This document shows positions 60,938 through 64,000 of a stretch of DNA of 64,000 nt, in pieces. Source of the DNA: Chrysemys picta bellii (lineage: Eukaryota); NCBI RefSeq assembly GCF_011386835.1, contig NC_088797.1, forward strand, positions 109,306,001 through 109,370,000, in the 5' to 3' direction. Position numbers and translations under genes: made by a program. A model generated the notes under the pieces. That model had not been told where the DNA came from. It ran no database searches and saw only the letters and a list, made by a program, of their open reading frames with translations. Numbering within the stretch: the stretch's first letter is position 1; each line of letters opens with the position of its first letter.

Positions 60938-61124
60938 ATTGACTCTAGTGGGAGTCAGCTCAAACCCAATGCTGGCATTCTAGCTTTTACTTATTGTACA
61001 CATTTGTGGTGACCTTTGTATTTTTAAATAGTTTTTAAGGACTCCTGCTCTGCTTCAATGGTACTTGGGCATTTTGATGCACAGTGTTGTTCCAAGGAAG
61101 AAATTGTTGATTACTGGTTAAACC

Positions 61125-61290
61125 AGGGGACTTGGAGCCAGGACTACAACTTCCCTTTCTTGGCTGTGCCATTGACTCAGTGTGTAATCTTGGGTAAATC
61201 TCTTAACCTTTTTAGGTAACGCTACTTCTTGGTGAAAGAAGGGATAACAGTACCTTAGAACAACTGTAATGGTAATAGAACCCTTGGGGA
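61125..61290 (+). mobile_element. CORE-SINE (MIR-like), old
   Basis: GACTCAGTGTGTAATCTTGGGTAAATCTCTTAACC core. Confidence 0.5.
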
Positions 61291-61659
61291 TAAAAGTACT
61301 TACCTCAGAAGACTTAGTTAATATGTGTAAAGTAATTTGAGTGAAATTCACTCCTGTGCAGCAGCAGAAGGCCTATGATAATACCTTAATAGCACGTATG
61401 CCCTCAAAACAGCACTTATGTGGAACTTGAATGGTTGTATAGGCCTTGTTCTGGACCTCTGCACATGAGGGAATTTAATTCTTATAGAACCTCTTCTATG
61501 CCTCGATCCTGCAAAGCGCTGAACACTCCACACCTGATTGTTCAACACCTTGCAGAATTGAGCCCATATAAAGCACTCAAGAACTGCATGGTACTATATA
61601 AGATTGCATAGAGTTTGTGAAAGAGGAGGGATGTGTATAAGATAAACAGGATTTAGGCT

Positions 61660-61778
61660 CAGTGGTGCAGGAACTAGGGGTGCTGGGCAGCATCCCCTGA
61701 CTTGAAGTAATAATAACAACCAAATACGTGGTTTCCACTTTCAACACACCCACTGTAAAAAATGTTCCAGCACCCCTG
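61660..61778. mobile_element. Short hAT-type MITE
   Basis: TIRs CAGTGGTGCAGGAAC / GTTCCAGCACCCCTG, with an 8-bp TSD-like pair TTTAGGCT / CTTAGGCC (6 of 8 identical). Confidence 0.6.
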
Positions 61779-62149
61779 CTTAGGCCTCAATCTTGACTCA
61801 GACAAAAGTTCCACTGACTGTTCCTCCGATGACGTCCACCGACTGTAATGGGAGTTTTGCCTGAGTAAGGACTGCAGGGTTTGACTCAATCATTCTGCAA
61901 TGGAAAAATATAATTGCTGACAAAATTCAGAACTCATTAGCCAATGGTTTAAAAACATCCCTGTGGCGTGTGTACTTAACAGTTAGCAAATGAAATGAAG
62001 TTGTATTTGAAATCTGCATTTATCAAGGTGTTGAAGGCTCTGGCTTTGACAACATGAATCACAAATATACCTGATGCCTGTAGATAGATGCAAACCTTGG
62101 TGTGCATTCTAGGCTGCTGGGTATTTATTGAGGAATTAGGAAAATAGTT

Positions 62150-62360
62150 ATTGCCAGAATGGATCACACCCAAGGTCCATCTAGTCCAATATTGTGTATC
62201 TGAAAATGGACAGAACCAGATGCTTCAGAGGAAGGTGTACGGCCTCCACAGTACGCAGATGAGGGATAATCTGCCCTCCACCTAGGTCTCATCTCTAATA
62301 GTTAAGATCATTTTAAGCTCTGAAGTACAAGATGTAATAGCCCATCCAAATTTTTTGTTC
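62150..62360 (-). mobile_element. Old CR1 3' end fragment
   Basis: GGATCACACCCAAGGTCCATCTAGTCCAATATTGTG...CCAGATGCTTCAGAGGAAGG has the same form as the start of 42231. Confidence 0.55.
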
Positions 62361-63553
62361 TCATTAATTATGATGAGACTAGATCAGGGAATTGAGACTT
62401 GACTTGCCCACTTGATCCAGCACACACCTAAGCGTATATGTAAAATTACTTAGTTGATTTAGGTGGGACTGCTCGTATGAGTAAAGTTACCTAGGTGCTT
62501 AAGTGTTTTCAGCCCTCAATAGAAATGTAACCTAACATCGTGGTAATAGATAGGATTTTTTTAAAAATTATAATACAAGATGAAAAACAAAGTTTCTTTC
62601 TCTAGATTTCTGCTTGTTTTCCATTATCAAATATATATTTACACAATGGGGCAAACCTACCTGCTTTACTCATGTAATAGTCCCTTGGAAGTGAATTGTA
62701 TTATAACTATGCTAATCGAAGGAAAGACAGCAATATCAAAAACAGTGTTGTCAATGCTCAGTATTTTATTATGGGTCTCATGACATTTAGGGATTTTCTT
62801 AAAGCCTTAGCTTTTGGAATCTTTACATTATGTACAATCTCAGCTGTCATTTTTTTCTTGCTTTCATAGTTGTAGAGAAAACCTTGACAATATGCCCCAA
62901 GTGCACCCTAAAGGCTTAAAAACCCAAAGGCAAATAAAAAGAACCCAACTTTTACTATCTTTTTAAAATCTCATGGTTTTAAAGTCAGTCCCCTTATCTG
63001 GAGGTGAGGGCTTGATTCATGATTTTTGAATACCTGAGGTCTGCAATATTGCAAAATGTGTGAGACATAAATATACATATAAGGTTTTTAAAGATCTATT
63101 ATGATATTCTCTCTCTTACAATTTGAGATCTAGTATGTGGCAGTGTTCCCTCTACAGACAGCCGCACCCATTGCTAAAAGAGGTCACAAATGCCAATCAG
63201 ACTTTCCATTCTTTAAAATACTTGCCTGGGACTCTATTGTATTATGTGAGAAACATAACTAGGTAATAAACTTGAGAACTATGACTAGGTAATAAACCAC
63301 TGAATAACAATGCAAACGCAAATGATGGTGGAGTTAATATCGCATATGTTAAAAGTCTCCATTTCCTGATTTCAGAATGCATCATTTTGCAACCTTAACT
63401 ATCTTTTAGCATAATTGATTCTATAATATACTGAATTTCTGTTACATCATAAAATAAACATTAAACCAGAATGGCACTTGCATTGTTTTCTGATAAGTCT
63501 TTAAGAAAATGCTCCATATCTCAAAGGTAGCATAAGCGCCATATTATCTGGCA

Positions 63554-63567
63554 GTTGCTATAGTAAC
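63554..63567. promoter_or_regulatory. RFX X-box-like palindrome GTTGCTATAGTAAC
   Basis: Fits GTNRCY-N(0-3)-RGYAAC and lies in a repeat-free block. Function is untested. Confidence 0.35.
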
Positions 63568-64000
63568 AGTTACTCTTGTAATTTGCTAGTGACTAAGTTA
63601 AGCCCACCCTAGGTAGCCTTAACTTGCCTGTTCGCTTGACATGTTTAAAGAGTTTTCCTTTAACAGATCTGTATCTTTTGCCTGCTGGCAGCATGGACCT
63701 TTTCTTGTTTCGGTGACTTTTTATCCTTTGTTTTAGGTTGCTCACTTGGGGCCAGATCCAAAATTCATAGACGTCAAAGGAAAGAATCCCATTGCCTTTA
63801 ATGAGGTTTGGATCAGGCCCTAAATCCCAGGTGAAAACACTTATCCCTTCAACAAGTCCTTCTCCTGGAAAGGAACAATGTCAACCATTTTTAAAGAGCA
63901 TCGGCTCCTGCAAGAACTGCAGCTCCAGATTCATTCATTATATGTGGGTGGATGGATGGTGTTGGAAATCATTTCCCTAAGAAGTTTATGAAGGTTTAGT

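Overview
This is AT-rich vertebrate nuclear DNA, almost certainly from a turtle (Testudines). The assignment rests on the repeat content: tortoise-type tRNA-derived Pol III SINEs sharing a CR1 3' tail, PsCR1-like CR1 LINEs with (ATTCTATG)n tails, Penelope pseudo-LTR hairpins, and many Harbinger/hAT/pogo MITEs. The window looks intronic or intergenic. The only confident long coding sequence is a 5'-truncated but uninterrupted CR1 reverse-transcriptase ORF (38545-39520). One clean 111-nt symmetric exon candidate (5343-5453) matches no protein I recognise. Almost all other ORF-track entries are chance ORFs or run through the two N gaps (7610-7949, 31915-32166). Several repeat-free, TAAT-rich blocks that retain CpGs (about 7.4-8.4, 24.5-25.1, 27.7-28.6, 29.7-30.0, 31.7-32.9, 45.7-46.7, 57.3-58.9 and 63.5-63.7 kb) look like conserved non-coding elements, as seen around developmental regulators; I could not identify the locus. 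I found no rRNA, true tRNA gene, CRISPR array or prokaryote-type system, and nothing I can defend as a new biological system. The most notable structures are (1) ~140-bp head-to-head Penelope mini-elements with 11-12 bp TSDs, whose inversion points sit at a minimal hammerhead ribozyme, (2) a nearly complete but G12-mutated hammerhead at 1882-1922, (3) four LF-SINE-like copies, (4) a bracket-balanced stack of nested MITEs and (5) a possible decayed Harbinger transposase. Family names come from my recollection of consensus sequences, not from a database search.
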